A stretch of 62,447 nucleotides of DNA from Emcibacter sp. (GTDB taxonomy: Bacteria; Pseudomonadota; Alphaproteobacteria; Sphingomonadales; Emcibacteraceae). Numbering within the stretch: position 1 is the stretch's first letter; each line of letters opens with the position of its first letter. Made by a program: the position numbers and the translations under genes. The notes under the pieces are model-generated. The model worked only from the letters and a program-made list of their open reading frames with translations, did no database searches and was not told the origin of the DNA. Below, in pieces: positions 61,172 through 62,447 of the stretch. The stretch is from positions 1 through 62,447 of the forward strand of contig JAESRB010000074.1 of NCBI GenBank assembly GCA_016764855.1, given 5' to 3'.

Positions 61172-61969
61172 TTAATCTGCTAATTGACCAAGGGCGTCTG
61201 TTTTTTGTTCCGGGCCAAGGGCCGAATAGCCCCCGTCAACCGGAAGGTCCGTTCCGGTAATGAAGCTCGCATGGTCGGAACAGAGGAAAAGCACAGCATC
61301 GGCGATTTCCCGTTGGTCCCCTACTCTGCCTGTCATATGAAATGGTTCTGCAACCCGGTCTGTTTTTGGTCGGTCACCGCCGGAGACTTCATCCATGATG
61401 GTACACCACGTCCATCCGGGGGAAACCGTATTGACACGAATACCATCTTCGGCAAGCAATAGAGCCTCGTTCCGGGTCAGTTGGTGAATTGCGCCTTTTG
61501 TCATGGGATAGAGGCACCTTCCCGGTTGCGCGATCTTGGCACTGATACTGCCAAAGTTAACAACCGCTCCCTTGGCGGCCTTCAAGTGCGGACGCGCATA
61601 TTGCACCAGCATGAAACCGCCTGCGGCATTGACATTCAAAGCCTCAAGAAATTGTTCCCGGGTGGAGTCCATACCGTTATCAACGTAGGTACAGGCCGTA
61701 TTAACCACAAAATCGAGTTGGCCCCATGTGGAAATCGCGGCATCGACAGCCGCTTTCAGGTCCGCATCACATGTGACATCGGTCCGAACGAATTTAGCAT
61801 TTCCGCCTCCGTCCCCAGCTAGTTCCTCGGCCAATGCACCGCCTGCTTCTTCGGCGATATCGGCAATGATTACATGGGTTCCTGCTTCCACGAATGCCCG
61901 GGCGACGGACGCCCCGATACTTGTGGCGCTACCGGTGACGATAGCAACCTTGTCTCTTAGTCCCTTCAT
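61172..61969 (-). CDS. SDR oxidoreductase (IifB-like dihydrodiol dehydrogenase)
   Basis: TGSATSIG, ACTY.D.G, SISAK.AQ.GR.LYP..K, VSPGWTW, DGGYSA.GPEQ. Confidence 0.85.
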   Translation of the reverse strand: MKGLRDKVAIVTGSATSIGASVARAFVEAGTHVIIADIAEEAGGALAEELAGDGGGNAKFVRTDVTCDADLKAAVDAAISTWGQLDFVVNTACTYVDNGMDSTREQFLEALNVNAAGGFMLVQYARPHLKAAKGAVVNFGSISAKIAQPGRCLYPMTKGAIHQLTRNEALLLAEDGIRVNTVSPGWTWCTIMDEVSGGDRPKTDRVAEPFHMTGRVGDQREIADAVLFLCSDHASFITGTDLPVDGGYSALGPEQKTDALGQLAD

Positions 61970-62219
61970 AAATATTCCCTATATGTTGTTTGTTATAGGA
62001 ATATTGAAACAGGTCTGGAGCCCAGCCGCTATTCAGTAACTGCAGGCATTATACCATCAAGGCAGTAATGTGATTTTTTGTATACCCACCCGTTAGGGGA
62101 TATGCGCATTCAACGCTTCATCAATAAATGCGCGCAAATTTTCAATATGGATCTAGATCAGGGAATTTGGCAAAATGGTATAATCTCAGAAATTGAGGCC
62201 TGAATTCTGGACTTTAACT

Positions 62220-62447
62220 TTAATCTTTAACACGGCTGATATCATAGATTACAACAGGCTGCGCAATCATTTGGCCACTGGTATATTCCAGCTCTTTACC
62301 CACTGGCGGTACTGTCTTCTCATTCTGAATTTTACGAACGATGTCCATTCCTTTAACAACCTTACCAAAGGCTGCGAAGCCTTGACCATCTGGATTTCTT
62401 TTGCCGCCATAATCAAGGTGAGGTTGATCGTTAACACATATGAAAAA
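62220..62447 (-). CDS. Cyclophilin-type peptidyl-prolyl isomerase, C-terminal part (runs off window)
   Basis: Not in the ORF track; reads FFICVNDQPHLDYGGKRNPDGQGFAAFGKVVKGMDIVRKIQ...ISRVKD*. Confidence 0.9.
   Translation of the reverse strand, partial: FFICVNDQPHLDYGGKRNPDGQGFAAFGKVVKGMDIVRKIQNEKTVPPVGKELEYTSGQMIAQPVVIYDISRVKD

Overview
A 62.4-kb catabolic region, probably from an alphaproteobacterium (inferred from gene content and TonB-receptor style). It is built from repeated modules of TonB-dependent receptor (TBDR) + MFS transporter + enzymes + local regulator. Recognisable parts: (1) THF-dependent vanillate O-demethylation and C1 recycling (ligM, metF, purU, folD, GntR/VanR-type regulator); (2) protocatechuate 4,5-cleavage (ligAB, ligC, ligI, ligU, galB, ligK, LigR/GalR-type LysR); (3) pobR-pobA; (4) a terephthalate dioxygenase cluster (tphA2A3A1, tphB, IclR) carrying an MFS and a TBDR; (5) an indole/styrene monooxygenase trio. 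Two modules match no pathway I can name. The first is a MarR regulon with an ornithine-cyclodeaminase-family protein, two LeuC/LeuD pairs (one LeuC lacks all three Fe-S cysteines), two non-canonical M24 proteins, an MFS and a TBDR. The second is an aconitase X / FAD oxidoreductase / sugar dehydrogenase / divergent IlvD / TauD module. A small accessory segment at 34.3-36.3 kb has two orphan genes separated by short palindromic repeats and bounded by twin 29-bp inverted repeats, next to a decayed TIR (ThsB-like) locus. Three single-base frameshifts (ligU, tphA2 twice) may be sequencing errors. No rRNA, tRNA, CRISPR array or intact transposase/integrase was seen. All family assignments come from motif recognition, not database searches.
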